Assembly: GCA_963678065.2 (NCBI GenBank)
Contig: CAXXVZ010000003.1
Coordinates: 992,001-1,056,000 of the forward strand
From: Treponemataceae bacterium
Lineage (GTDB): Bacteria > Spirochaetota > Spirochaetia > Treponematales > Rectinemataceae
Length of the DNA stretch: 64,000 bases
Reading direction: 5' to 3'
The position numbers were made by a program, and so were the translations under genes. Of the stretch, positions 1 to 10,317 are shown piece by piece (within the stretch, counting starts at the first letter, position 1; each line of letters opens with the position of its first letter). Under the pieces are notes generated by a model. It was not told the DNA's origin, ran no database searches, and saw only the letters and a program-made list of their open reading frames with translations.

Positions 1-162
1 ATCGGGCACCCTCGACCTGACATAGACATCGAGCACCAGGGCGAAATATGGGTCGAGGGTATCCATTTCGGCATGCTCGCCTACTGCTATGCACTCCACG
101 CATTCCCAGGAGGAGAGTACCGTTGTCAGCGCATTGGCAAGCCTTTCCACTTTATGTTTCAT
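1..162 (-). CDS. N-terminal part of a conserved spirochete protein (DUF4037-type), runs off the window start
   Basis: Read by hand: ATG at 162, MKHKVERLANALTTVLSSWECVECIAVGEHAEMDTLDPYFALVLDVYVRSRVPD, purine-rich upstream; not in the ORF track because truncated. Family name from recall. Confidence 0.6.
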   Translation of the reverse strand, partial: MKHKVERLANALTTVLSSWECVECIAVGEHAEMDTLDPYFALVLDVYVRSRVPD

Positions 163-208
163 TTCGTTCGCCTTTACCTTTCGAGCTGATCAACTATATC
201 ATGGGGAT

Positions 209-817
209 GTGGTTTTGAACACTCTGTCCGAAAGGAGAAGGAGCACGAGGCGGGCAGTCATCTGCGCGCTCGAGCCTCCGGGCAACGTCGCGAGAGAGAT
301 AAATCTTTACCGTCGCGCATATTTTCGGGAATTCGGAATATCCTCCGCCTCGCTGTATCCGGCATTGATTCCTCTCGTCATCTCCTCTCCAGGAGTAGGT
401 GTACAGGGGGCCGCGCGGCTTGCCGGCTTCGTCGCACGTGCGATCGAGGACATGGATCTCAGGTTTTCCGGAACCCGGCACCACTTCTCCGGTGACGCCC
501 TCTATCTCGGACTGAGCCAGGGGCTACCAGAACTCCTGAATTTTCTCGGGAGCCCGGAAATACAGCCTGTTCCGGCCGAATGCGGATGCCCTGCCGCGGA
601 TTCACAATTTCTGTTACCTGGAGCCGGGTTTTTCGTTTGCCGTACTGATGGTTCCGGTAATTTTCCCGCTACCGGGGATCTGCCACCACCCCCTCCGCTG
701 TCTTTCCGGGATTGTTCGGTGTCCGTGTATCGCGTGGATTCCGGTGACGGATTCCGGCATGCGACCAGATGGACCCTGCTCGCGAGGACAAGGAGAAAAA
801 CGGGCGCGGGACAGTGA
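209..817 (+). CDS. hypothetical protein
   Basis: ORF 89..817; start moved to GTG 209 because the 5' part overlaps the minus-strand gene and TATCAT (197-202) lies 6 nt before it. Confidence 0.55.
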   Translation: MVLNTLSERRRSTRRAVICALEPPGNVAREINLYRRAYFREFGISSASLYPALIPLVISSPGVGVQGAARLAGFVARAIEDMDLRFSGTRHHFSGDALYLGLSQGLPELLNFLGSPEIQPVPAECGCPAADSQFLLPGAGFFVCRTDGSGNFPATGDLPPPPPLSFRDCSVSVYRVDSGDGFRHATRWTLLARTRRKTGAGQ

Positions 818-889
818 CCCTGCATCGTCGATTCGCTTTTCAGCATCGGCAAGCCATGCTATAGTCCCATCCCAGTCTCCGGAGGTATC

Positions 890-1516
890 ATGAAATTACG
901 GTTTCCGAAAGCGGCGCCGCTTGTTCTGTTTTTTCTGGTGTCGACAATCCCACTTTTCGCCCAGGAGTCTGGCAAATCCCCGCTCCCTACATTTTCCGCT
1001 CTGTCAGAGTCCGGCGCTTACTCACGCGGCGATCAGACTTTGAGCCTCACGACCGGCTTCCAGATTCCTCTGTTCATTTTCCCCGATACGAGCGATCTGC
1101 CCGGCGCAAAGTTGCTGCTCGGCGGATCTTTCGCTTTCACGTACCAGTATTTCCTCACATCGCACCTGGCGATTGGCGGCACCCTGAATGGGGCTTTCAA
1201 CGGCACGATAGGCGGACGGAGTCTCTTTATCGCACCTCTCTCCTTCCGCACGGCCTATTGGTGGACGAAGGGACCGCTGGAGGCCGGGCTCGGCCTGGAG
1301 GTGGGCGGCTATCTCATGCGCCTCGACTCCTACGGCATGCTGGGACCCTTCGCAAAATTCGGCCCCGCGCTCTCATGGAGGATCACGCAAGGCTGGAGCA
1401 TCGGCACCCAGGCCTATTACTGGTTCGTGCCGGAAATTCACTCCGGAACCGAGACCTCGAAGACGCGGTACGGAAACTTCCTCGAATTCGCGGTGGCCGC
1501 GGTTTACCATCTGTAA
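890..1516 (+). CDS. TP0733-like (OmpW/OprG-type) outer-membrane beta-barrel protein
   Basis: SD GGAGGT, signal peptide ending LFA-Q, GDQTLSL motif, alternating aromatic beta-strands, C-terminal VYHL. Confidence 0.75.
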   Translation: MKLRFPKAAPLVLFFLVSTIPLFAQESGKSPLPTFSALSESGAYSRGDQTLSLTTGFQIPLFIFPDTSDLPGAKLLLGGSFAFTYQYFLTSHLAIGGTLNGAFNGTIGGRSLFIAPLSFRTAYWWTKGPLEAGLGLEVGGYLMRLDSYGMLGPFAKFGPALSWRITQGWSIGTQAYYWFVPEIHSGTETSKTRYGNFLEFAVAAVYHL

Positions 1517-1526
1517 GGGGACAGCG

Positions 1527-2708
1527 ATGAACAAGAACATGATCAGAAATGCCGGCCTGCCGATTCTGGCGCTTTTCCTTGCCTCTCTCTTGTCCTGCGA
1601 CAACTCCTTCGGGATTTTCTCGAGCATCCAGCAGGAGACCAAGCAGACGGGCACCAATGTTTTCCTCAATGGAACTGTCAAGAAAGTCGTCGGCGACGGA
1701 ACATCCTATTTTGCCGCGATGGCGAAGATCTACACGAGACTTGTCACCGACACGGTCGGCAGCGACGCGTGGAAAGTTCTCACGATCGCGACCAGTACCG
1801 GCACCACGATTTCCGACTATGCCTGCACAAGCCTGACCGAGGGCTCCGTCTCCGGCGTGCCGACGGTGTTCGCCGCCCTCTCCAACAGGGTGACGGGCGA
1901 ACTCCTCGGCCTGTATTCGACGGTCGATCACGGCGTGAGCTGGACCGAACTTGCAAGCTCGGGCATTCCTTCGAGCGGCTACATACAGTCGATTTTCTTC
2001 GTGAATAATACTCTTTTCGCCTCGGTGAGAAAGAAAGTCTCCGGGGTCGATGTGTACGACCTCCTCTACCGCACCGCGACGGGTTTTGTTTCCGCGGGAA
2101 CCGCGGTGACCGCCGTGGACAGCCCCTTTATCGACGGTATCTGGGACGGCACGAACTACTGGTTCGCGGAGACGGACGGACTGTACGCGGGAACCTCCCC
2201 CGCCGCGATCGCTGCTGTTTCCGAGACAGGAGGGCCCACATCCAAGACCCTGACAGGATTCTGCGTCAACCCGGCAACCAACGACGTGTATGTGTCGACC
2301 GATGATGGCTATGTCTACATGCGCCAGAAGTCCGGCGGAAGCTGGACGAACAAACTGGTACTGTCGGACGTATCTCTGGGAACCATCATCGTCATCCCAG
2401 CCGGGCTCAATCCGGGCGGAACAGGAATCCGGCTCGCCATAGCCCGCAATGACAGCGTATACGGATATATGGAGTACGACTGGGCGGCATCGCAGTATTA
2501 CGCGGGCGCAAGCGGCGAACTCACCTCCTCCGAGAGCAACTATTCGACGACCCTCAGCGGCGTGCCTGTGCTCTCCTTCTACCTTTCCTCGGCGGAGAAC
2601 AGGCTGTTCGTGACAGGCATAGCCTCCAACCTGGATAGCAGATACGGCCTGTATTCCGACGGATGGTCCGCCACCGCTTCGAGCTGGGGTGGATGGGAAG
2701 CCGAATGA
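1527..2708 (+). CDS. surface lipoprotein, TP0136-like probable beta-propeller
   Basis: Lipobox LLS-C followed by DNSFGIFSSIQQE, resembling the TP0136 N-terminus; Ser/Thr/Gly-rich beta repeats with an Asp-box-like STVDHGVSW. Confidence 0.65.
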   Translation: MNKNMIRNAGLPILALFLASLLSCDNSFGIFSSIQQETKQTGTNVFLNGTVKKVVGDGTSYFAAMAKIYTRLVTDTVGSDAWKVLTIATSTGTTISDYACTSLTEGSVSGVPTVFAALSNRVTGELLGLYSTVDHGVSWTELASSGIPSSGYIQSIFFVNNTLFASVRKKVSGVDVYDLLYRTATGFVSAGTAVTAVDSPFIDGIWDGTNYWFAETDGLYAGTSPAAIAAVSETGGPTSKTLTGFCVNPATNDVYVSTDDGYVYMRQKSGGSWTNKLVLSDVSLGTIIVIPAGLNPGGTGIRLAIARNDSVYGYMEYDWAASQYYAGASGELTSSESNYSTTLSGVPVLSFYLSSAENRLFVTGIASNLDSRYGLYSDGWSATASSWGGWEAE

Positions 2709-5127
2709 AGATGATGGCCGCGCGAAGGCGGGGGCTTCCCCCGCGATGAAGGGCTCGGTCGGGGAGGATCTGTTCTCCGGGGCCAAAGCCAACCAGGGGC
2801 ATGGTCGCTCAGAGGGCGGATCGCATGGCGGGCCGGATTCCAGAACCGGATCGGCCCCCCTCGCCGACCGGATACGTCCCCGTTCGCTCGACGAGTTCGT
2901 CGGACAGGACCATATCATCGGCCCGGGGCGTCTCCTCCGGCGCGCCATCCAGAAGGATCAGCTCTCATCCATCATTTTTTCGGGTCCCCCGGGCACGGGC
3001 AAGACCACTCTGGCCCGGATCATTGCGAACACGACATCCCGGCGCTTCGTCACCCTCAACGCCGTCCTCGCGGGCGTGGCCGATATCCGGGTGGCCATAG
3101 AGGACGCGCGCCGGCAGAGGGATCTCTACGACCGCAGCACCATCCTCTTCGTCGACGAGGTCCACCGCTGGAACAAGTCACAGCAGGACGCCCTCCTTCC
3201 CTGGGTCGAAAACGGCACGATCATCCTCATCGGGGCGACGACGGAGAACCCGTTTTTCGAAGTGAACCGGGCCCTCGTCTCGAGATCGAGGGTTTTTCTC
3301 CTGAAACCCCTCGAAAAGGAAGATCTTGAAAAGGCAGCCCGCTTTGCCGTCGCGGACAAGGAACGCGGCTACGGGAGATGGGAGGTCCGCTTCGGGGAGG
3401 GAGCGCTCGAACATCTCGTCGAAATGGCGGACGGCGACGCGCGGAGCCTCCTCAACGCCCTCGAACTCGCTGTCGAAACCAGCGTACCTTCCTGGCCACC
3501 GGAAGAGGGCTCGACAATCGACGTGAATCTCGCTGCCGCCGAGGAGAGCATTCAGCGGCGCGCCGTCCTTTACGACAAGGATGGAGACTTCCACTACGAC
3601 GCGGCGAGCGCCTTCATCAAGAGCATACGGGGCAGCGACCCCGACGCTGCGCTGTACTGGCTCGCCCGCATGGTCTACGCGGGCGAAGACCCCCGCTTCA
3701 TGTTCCGCCGCATGCTCATCTCGGCTTCCGAGGACATCGGATTGGCCGATCCAGCCGCCATCGGCGTCGTCTCCGGCTGCGCCCAGGCCTTCGACAGAAT
3801 CGGCATGCCGGAAGGTCAGTTTCACCTCGCCGAGGCGGCCCTCTACCTCGCGACCTGCCCGAAATCCAACTCGGCTCTCGGATATTACGACGCGCTGAAG
3901 GCTGTAGAGGAAGAAAGCGCCGAGGTTCCCAACCACCTCAAGGATGCGAGCCGCGATGCCAAGGGCTTCGGACACGGAGAAGGCTACACCTACCCCCACG
4001 CTTACCGCGATCACTGGGTGGCGCAGCAGTATCTGCCGGAATCGATGAAAAACCGTGTTTTCTACAACCCGGGAGAGCTGGGCGTCGAAGGTCAGAGGAA
4101 GATTGAAGTTCTGGGTCGCAGGGAGACCCAGCTCGCGGGCATCGCGGAAATCGCCGATTTCTCCCGATCGGGAGAGGGCGGGAACGAAGTCTGGTCGCGC
4201 TCCGGGGAAAGTCTCGCCGAGTGGACCCTGCGCTCCGAAGCTTCGGCGGGAATCCGTCTCTCGACCTTGAGAACGACCCTCTTCGATGCGGCGACCCCGG
4301 GACGGGCAGACAGGGTTCTCGTGTTCGATGCGAGAGACGGTTACCTGGTCTGGGAAGCGCGGCGCCGCAGCCCCGAGGGGACGGTAGTCGCCCTCGTCCA
4401 GTCCGAAAGCGAAGCGAGGAGTCTGGAGGACCGCGCCGCAGGGCTCGGGGTGCTCGAAAAACCCCTGGCCGTCGTGGCCGATTTCCTCGCCACGCCGACC
4501 GGACCAGACTTCGGCTCCTCCACCTCCGGCAGAGGGGAGATCGCCGATACACTCGCCGCCACACTCGGCCGGGAGGCGGGCTTCAGTCAGTTCGACCTCG
4601 TTCTCGGCTCGGAACTCGTGTCGCGATTCGGCAATCCGGCGGCCGTGATTTCCCTCCTCGCGAAAACCCTTCCCGGAACGGCATTCGCGGCCATCGAGCA
4701 ATCGGCCTGCGAAAAGGCCAGGCTTTCCGTCATTCTGGCAGAGTACCCGGAAGCCCAAGCCGGCGAGCCGGCCCACAGAGACAGGGATCTCCTTTCCCGC
4801 TACGCGGCCTTCGAGAGGGAGTTCTTTTCGGGGCCCGCCGCGCGGAGCCGGGCGCGCTCCGCACAGGAGCTCTCGGCTCTCTACGACTGTCCATCGATCG
4901 CAGGCCTGACTGGCAGGGAACATGTCTTTTCCTACCCTCGCAGGTTCAGCAAGCTGGACGTGAGGACCTGGTTCGGCGCGGATTCGATCTACGGAAAGGC
5001 AGTCAGGGAGTCGCTGGGAGAGGAAGCGACAGGAATTCTGGCCGCCATGGTTCTATCCATGCAGACCCCAGTGGACTGGCCATTTTCAGCCGTGGTCTTC
5101 AGGGGTCGTCTGGCGGCCGCACGCTGA
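2689..5127 (+). CDS. rarA: replication-associated recombination AAA+ ATPase RarA/MgsA with ~350-aa C-terminal extension
   Basis: PLADRIRP, Walker [47 protein letters not shown]...QQYLP; start may be ATG 2746. Confidence 0.9.
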   Translation: MDGKPNEDDGRAKAGASPAMKGSVGEDLFSGAKANQGHGRSEGGSHGGPDSRTGSAPLADRIRPRSLDEFVGQDHIIGPGRLLRRAIQKDQLSSIIFSGPPGTGKTTLARIIANTTSRRFVTLNAVLAGVADIRVAIEDARRQRDLYDRSTILFVDEVHRWNKSQQDALLPWVENGTIILIGATTENPFFEVNRALVSRSRVFLLKPLEKEDLEKAARFAVADKERGYGRWEVRFGEGALEHLVEMADGDARSLLNALELAVETSVPSWPPEEGSTIDVNLAAAEESIQRRAVLYDKDGDFHYDAASAFIKSIRGSDPDAALYWLARMVYAGEDPRFMFRRMLISASEDIGLADPAAIGVVSGCAQAFDRIGMPEGQFHLAEAALYLATCPKSNSALGYYDALKAVEEESAEVPNHLKDASRDAKGFGHGEGYTYPHAYRDHWVAQQYLPESMKNRVFYNPGELGVEGQRKIEVLGRRETQLAGIAEIADFSRSGEGGNEVWSRSGESLAEWTLRSEASAGIRLSTLRTTLFDAATPGRADRVLVFDARDGYLVWEARRRSPEGTVVALVQSESEARSLEDRAAGLGVLEKPLAVVADFLATPTGPDFGSSTSGRGEIADTLAATLGREAGFSQFDLVLGSELVSRFGNPAAVISLLAKTLPGTAFAAIEQSACEKARLSVILAEYPEAQAGEPAHRDRDLLSRYAAFEREFFSGPAARSRARSAQELSALYDCPSIAGLTGREHVFSYPRRFSKLDVRTWFGADSIYGKAVRESLGEEATGILAAMVLSMQTPVDWPFSAVVFRGRLAAAR

Positions 5128-5137
5128 TCGACGACAC

Positions 5138-6163
5138 TCAGCGCAGGGGATGGGCCCCCACCGACTCAAGAAATTCCAGAAGGAGCGTGCCAGTATCCGG
5201 GAATACGAGCGGCCCGGCGGGTACGCTGCTTTCCGAAATTGCCTCTCTGTCGCCCCCTGCCGGGCCTGCCGCCCCTTCCGGATTTTGCTGAGACATGCAG
5301 TTTCTCCCTATCTCGGTCCAGCACTCGTTTTCCCTGCCTGGCAGAATCGGCAGGAAACGCGCCTCCACTGATCTCGCGGCGGAGAGGGAGGAGTGGTTCG
5401 ACCCGATCACCGTGATCGGAACCGATCCGTAGCCTCCCGCGCAGGCTCTCGAGAGGTAGAGAGCCATGTCTCCCCTTTCCCGCCCGGCCACCCGCGAACA
5501 GAGTGAACCAAGCCCGGCTGAGGACCACATCGACAGGGCTGTCGCCTCTGTCTCCGCGCTCACTGCCAGTATCGTGCTCCGCCTCGCCAGCCGGGACAGG
5601 ATCTCGACCGCGGAGGGAAACGCAGAAGGAGGAGGAAGGAGGCCGATGAGGGATTCGGCCGTCCTGTACCATTCCCAGGCGGGCCTGAGGACAGGGTCAG
5701 TCCGGAAAGCCAATTCTGAGCGCAGCGCGTGATCGCCCGCACTGGAGAGCCACGCCTCGAGAGTCCCGGCGACGACCGCCCTCCGGACCGAAGGGGCGCA
5801 TCTGCGGTTCGCGAGTCGCAGACTTGCGGCCAGGCAGCGGAAGGCGCCCGATCCGCGCAATCGGGAACGCAGGGCGACGAAACGCCAGATTTCCGCACAG
5901 ACGCCGGGATCGGCGGAGTACCCGAAATGCTCGATGAAGGCAGGGATGTAGGAGTGCTCAACCCGGATGCCAGGGATATCGAAGACAGCGCCCTCGCTCT
6001 CCACAACCACGAGCCCGCCCACCGCGGACACAGCGGCGTTCGTGCCGGCGGAAGCACCCCCGGATTTCCCCTGTCCGGACAATCCGTTCCGCGCAAGGAG
6101 GCGTCGCTGTGAGTCTGGTCGTCGTGCGCGCAAAACAATGTCGGAATAGTGCCCGGCCCTCAC
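5138..6163 (-). CDS. HAD-superfamily-like protein with degenerate motif I
   Basis: SD AAGGAGG before GTG; VVVESEGAVFD in place of DxDG; ARFLPILPGRENECW C-terminal motif. Confidence 0.6.
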   Translation of the reverse strand: MRAGHYSDIVLRARRPDSQRRLLARNGLSGQGKSGGASAGTNAAVSAVGGLVVVESEGAVFDIPGIRVEHSYIPAFIEHFGYSADPGVCAEIWRFVALRSRLRGSGAFRCLAASLRLANRRCAPSVRRAVVAGTLEAWLSSAGDHALRSELAFRTDPVLRPAWEWYRTAESLIGLLPPPSAFPSAVEILSRLARRSTILAVSAETEATALSMWSSAGLGSLCSRVAGRERGDMALYLSRACAGGYGSVPITVIGSNHSSLSAARSVEARFLPILPGRENECWTEIGRNCMSQQNPEGAAGPAGGDREAISESSVPAGPLVFPDTGTLLLEFLESVGAHPLR

Positions 6164-6248
6164 TCGCGGCCTCCTTCAGATACGAGTATCGGCGTATCGC
6201 GGGCGGGTCTTGACCGCCTAGAGTCAGGTCGGACATCCTTTGCACACG

Positions 6249-7634
6249 ATGAGTGGCGCGATGGGAAGCCGGAGCTTCAACAGTCCGGGAGAGATCTACG
6301 ACTACCTGCTCGGGTTCGTCAATGTCGAGAAAGGACAAAAGACAGAATTCAAACTTGACCGGATGCGCGCCCTCGCGGAAGAACTGGGCGATCCCCACAG
6401 AAAATACCGCACAGTCCATGTCGCCGGATCCAAGGGCAAGGGATCCGTTTCGGTCATGGCGGCGCGCATCCTTGAGTCCGCGGGCCTCAGGACGGGCCTG
6501 TACACATCTCCCCACCTCGTCGACTGGCAGGAGCGGATCAGTCTCGCTGGCTCGCCTATGCCGGAAGAAATCCTTCTGGAGGCCGCGGGAGCCGTGGCCT
6601 CTCTGGTCGACGGAAGAAAGGCGTCCGATTTCGAGGGAGGGGAATTTCCGACCTATTTCGAACTCACGACCCTCATCGGATTTCTCGCGTTCAGTCTGGC
6701 CGGATGCGAGGCCGCGGTCATCGAGACCGGACTCGGGGGCCGGCTGGACTCCACGAACATCGTAGAACCGGAAGTGAGCGTCATCACGCCCATCGAGCTC
6801 GAACACACCGAGTTCCTCGGCAATACTTTAGGGCTCATAGCAGGAGAAAAAGCGGGAATCATCAAGCCCGGCGTGCCTGTCTGCATTTCCGGACAGAAAG
6901 AGGAGGCGCTCGGGGTTTTCAGACGCGTCGCGAAGGAAAAGGGCAGTCCGCTCATAGAGACTCATGCGGTTTTCCCGCGCATCACGTCGAGCCTGGACCG
7001 CTCCGGTACGAGGGCGCGGCTCGAATACGCGGCCGAAGCCGAATTGCCGCCAGGCCTTCCCCGGCTTCCCGGACAGGAAGAGGGCTGGCTCGACCTCGTC
7101 TGCCCCCTCGTCGGATCTGTTCAGGCGGAGAACATGGGCCTCGCCCTCATCGCATCTTCGATGGTCTGCCCGGGCATCGGGAAAAGCGCCGTACTCGAGG
7201 GACTCTCGGCCGCGAGACTTCCCGCCCGCTTCGAGCTGACCGGCCACCAGCCCGAGATCATCCTCGACGGGGCACATACGCCGGCTTCGGTCTCCATCGC
7301 GCTCGCGAGCCTGAAGCAGCTCTTCGGCGAGCGGGCAATCCTTCTTTTTGCCTGCGCCCACGACAAGAAACACGAAGATATGGCCGCCATCCTCGCCCCG
7401 CACTTCGAGTCCATCGTCGTGACACGTCCGGGAAGTTTCAAGCAGAGCGAGCCGGAAGCCGTCTGGAAGTCCTTCCAGGGGCTCAACAGGGAGACCGTGC
7501 TCGTGCAGGACACCGCGGAGGCCATGCGGCTCGCCATGGCGAAATCCGCGGCCCGGAAAATCCCCCTCCTCGTGACCGGCTCCTTCTACCTCTGCGCCGA
7601 AGCTCGCGCCGTCATCGACCGAGCGCGTAGATGA
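6249..7634 (+). CDS. folC: folylpolyglutamate synthase/dihydrofolate synthase
   Basis: HVAGSKGKGS, YTSPHL, ETGLGGRLDSTN, LDGAHTP, VTGSFYL. Confidence 0.95.
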   Translation: MSGAMGSRSFNSPGEIYDYLLGFVNVEKGQKTEFKLDRMRALAEELGDPHRKYRTVHVAGSKGKGSVSVMAARILESAGLRTGLYTSPHLVDWQERISLAGSPMPEEILLEAAGAVASLVDGRKASDFEGGEFPTYFELTTLIGFLAFSLAGCEAAVIETGLGGRLDSTNIVEPEVSVITPIELEHTEFLGNTLGLIAGEKAGIIKPGVPVCISGQKEEALGVFRRVAKEKGSPLIETHAVFPRITSSLDRSGTRARLEYAAEAELPPGLPRLPGQEEGWLDLVCPLVGSVQAENMGLALIASSMVCPGIGKSAVLEGLSAARLPARFELTGHQPEIILDGAHTPASVSIALASLKQLFGERAILLFACAHDKKHEDMAAILAPHFESIVVTRPGSFKQSEPEAVWKSFQGLNRETVLVQDTAEAMRLAMAKSAARKIPLLVTGSFYLCAEARAVIDRARR

Positions 7635-9162
7635 TGCTCTGAACGATGCCGATGAGCCCTCCGAGCACTCCGCCTATGACCGTTATCCAGACGAGCTCGT
7701 TGTTGACCACATCGAGGATCATCCTTTCGACTTCCTTTACGTCGAGTTCATCTATCCTTTCCACAACGATCTTGCGTATGTCGAGTCCGGCGATAATGTT
7801 CCCGGCCTCCTGACTGATGAGCTCGAGGACCTTGTCGGCGATGCCCGAAGAGAGCCGCGCCCTCCTCTCCGGATCAATCCCGAGGGCTTCACCGACGGTG
7901 GCGGCGCCGAGTTGCCGGGCAAGCTCTGTCCTGAAGGTCGAGAGCATCGGCGTGAGGACATCCTTTCCCTTCTCTGGAGAGGCAAGAGCCGAGGCGATGG
8001 TAGTCGCGACATCCTGCACGATTCTGTCGACGGGAAGTCCCAGATCGCCGACCAGGCCGGCCACGCTCAACTCCCGCCGCTCCATATATGCCCCGGTGAG
8101 TCGCGCTGCCACCTCGGCCCGGTGTTCCCGCAATGCTGACATGGCCGAGGCCAGAGCCTTCAGCGCAGCATCTTTCGGAACAATCGACGAAAAATCGAAA
8201 GAAGAACCCTTTTCTCCCTCACCCCTCAGGGATGAGGAGGCCTTGCCCGCGATGATGGCCGGCATCTCTTCCCTCCGGAGAATCCCGGATACAGCCTTGG
8301 AAAGATCGTCGATCGTGGCCGGCATGGCCTCCGAGACAGTCCTCTCGTAGTTGGCCGCCGTGGCCACTATCCTCTGGAGCGGATTGAGGCGCCCGACCGC
8401 TCTCCTGACGATGACGAAAGCTTGAGCCTCGAGTTGTCGCCGCGTCGCCGGCTCGTCCATGAATGACTCGATGACGGGGATGCATGCCTTGAACAGTCCC
8501 TCGGCGAGGACGCGCACAACAGGGTCGAGGACTTCAGGGGGAAGCATACGCTCCTTCTTCCCTTCCGGTTTCCCGTAGACAAGCGTCAGAATGCCGTCGA
8601 GAAATTTTTGGCCGGAAGCCTCGGCCTGAGAGCCTAGAAGGAAATCCATGAAGGAATCGATGCTTTCGGCTCCGACAAAAGAAGACAGCGGAAGTGCGCC
8701 GACTGTTTCGAGGAATTTCCGAAGGGCCGCGGCGAGGGCGATGGAAAAAGCCTCGGAGCCCGCGAGCGTTCTGAAGGCATGGCCGAGGGAAGACCCGATG
8801 ATGGTTTCCACTTCCCCCGCATGTTCCGAAGGTCTCACGACATCTGCGGCAGGGAGGTCCAGCCCTCGCCCGAGCAATCCTGAAACCGAAACACACAGGC
8901 CCTCGCGTATCGACGGATCATTCAGCCTTCGCCGCAGCACTTCCTCGGTGAGGAGCTCTTTTGCGACCGTGTCGCCCAGACTCACGGAAATGCGGTAGCG
9001 CTCGCGCGGCAGGATTCCCGGCGTGAAGGGTATCCTGATTCCGAGAAAGCGGACTTCCCGGAGGGGACGAAAAAGCATCTTGATCGCCAGCCAATTGGTA
9101 AAAAGCCCGATGATCGCCCCCACGAGGGGCGGAAAAACCCAGACGACAAAAAAATCCTTCAT
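7612..9162 (-). CDS. DUF445 family membrane protein
   Basis: IGLFTNWLAIKMLFRP at N-terminus, EL.WITVIGGVLGGLIG at C-terminus. Confidence 0.85.
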   Translation of the reverse strand: MKDFFVVWVFPPLVGAIIGLFTNWLAIKMLFRPLREVRFLGIRIPFTPGILPRERYRISVSLGDTVAKELLTEEVLRRRLNDPSIREGLCVSVSGLLGRGLDLPAADVVRPSEHAGEVETIIGSSLGHAFRTLAGSEAFSIALAAALRKFLETVGALPLSSFVGAESIDSFMDFLLGSQAEASGQKFLDGILTLVYGKPEGKKERMLPPEVLDPVVRVLAEGLFKACIPVIESFMDEPATRRQLEAQAFVIVRRAVGRLNPLQRIVATAANYERTVSEAMPATIDDLSKAVSGILRREEMPAIIAGKASSSLRGEGEKGSSFDFSSIVPKDAALKALASAMSALREHRAEVAARLTGAYMERRELSVAGLVGDLGLPVDRIVQDVATTIASALASPEKGKDVLTPMLSTFRTELARQLGAATVGEALGIDPERRARLSSGIADKVLELISQEAGNIIAGLDIRKIVVERIDELDVKEVERMILDVVNNELVWITVIGGVLGGLIGIVQSIIYALGR

Positions 9163-9569
9163 TTCATACCTGCCGATGCTGTGAGTGCCTGTTCACGGTT
9201 CTTGAAGAACAGGATATCGGATTCCCTGAGCCAACCCGACCTCGAACCCTCCGAGAGCCTGTACCACATGGCTGTCGGATCTCCGCCCGAAGGATCGCGT
9301 TCGCTCCCGATCACCCGGAACACCTCTCCGCGGCGAGCGGTGGCAGTGTCGGGAGAGGCCGGGTCGTTCTTTTCCTTGAATCTCGCATAGGCGCCCGTCA
9401 CGACCGCCCAGCCCTGGGCTCCCGAGAGTATGGGTGTCTCGGGCAGCCTCAGCGTTCTGTCAGTCCCGAGACCGCAGCCCGCCAGGAACGCGATGGCTGA
9501 GAGGATGATGAAGACTCCAAAGACCGTCTGCGGAAAATCGGTCAGGGAGAAACCGGCGTTCTTGCGCAT
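9159..9569 (-). CDS. lipoprotein with SH3b-like domain
   Basis: Lipobox LAG-C; WAVV...ARRGEVFRV...WYRL...GWL pattern. Confidence 0.7.
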   Translation of the reverse strand: MRKNAGFSLTDFPQTVFGVFIILSAIAFLAGCGLGTDRTLRLPETPILSGAQGWAVVTGAYARFKEKNDPASPDTATARRGEVFRVIGSERDPSGGDPTAMWYRLSEGSRSGWLRESDILFFKNREQALTASAGMK

Positions 9570-9663
9570 GTGTGGAACTGCCTCTGTCAGAATGATGACC
9601 GGAAGGAAAACGGAAATCCGGTGGCTTGAATTTATCGGAAAACGTCGGCATTTTAAAGGCAGA

Positions 9664-10317
9664 TTGAAAAAGAATACTGTTATTTCAAGGAATTCGCTCA
9701 GTCTTCCTTGTTTCCGGTCAACACACTTCCTCGCTGTCTTCCTTGTGTTGATATCCGCGTCCATTCCGCGTCTCTCTGCCGAGTCCGCGACAGGGCAGGA
9801 CTCACCGCCTCCCTCCTTCTCCGTGCAGTCGGAAATCTCGGTGTCGCCCTACGCTCTCATCTCGGATTCGGAATACCTTCCCCCGCTTCTCCACTCAGGA
9901 CTTTCGGGCAAGGCCGGCCTTGAAGCCTGGCTACACGGCTCATGGGCCCTTCGCATTGAGGCCGCAGGATTTATGGTCAATCCTTCCGCCATAACCACCT
10001 CGGGCGAACTGTACCGGGGCTGGGAGGGCTATTCCGCGGGCCTGTTGGCAGGAGGCGGTTACGGCCTGGGAAAGGCCAGGCTGAGCATGCTCGCCGGCGC
10101 CGGGCTCACTGCGGCGCGGTACAAGGGCACAGCGCTGGTCTTCGCCTACCCTTCCATAAAGGCGAGACTCGGCCTCGACCTCTTCCACGAGAGCGGAATA
10201 TATCTGTCATTCGCTATCCCCGCGGAACTGCTCCTGCGGGGAGGGACGGTCGGATATTCTCTGGGAGCCGAGGTCGGAATCGGCTTCCGGACGGGCGCGA
10301 GGAGGATGGGCCGATGA
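9664..10317 (+). CDS. probable outer-membrane beta-barrel protein
   Basis: Signal peptide after TTG 9664, Gly/aromatic amphipathic strands, terminal EVGIGF; ATGA overlap with next gene. Confidence 0.6.
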   Translation: MKKNTVISRNSLSLPCFRSTHFLAVFLVLISASIPRLSAESATGQDSPPPSFSVQSEISVSPYALISDSEYLPPLLHSGLSGKAGLEAWLHGSWALRIEAAGFMVNPSAITTSGELYRGWEGYSAGLLAGGGYGLGKARLSMLAGAGLTAARYKGTALVFAYPSIKARLGLDLFHESGIYLSFAIPAELLLRGGTVGYSLGAEVGIGFRTGARRMGR

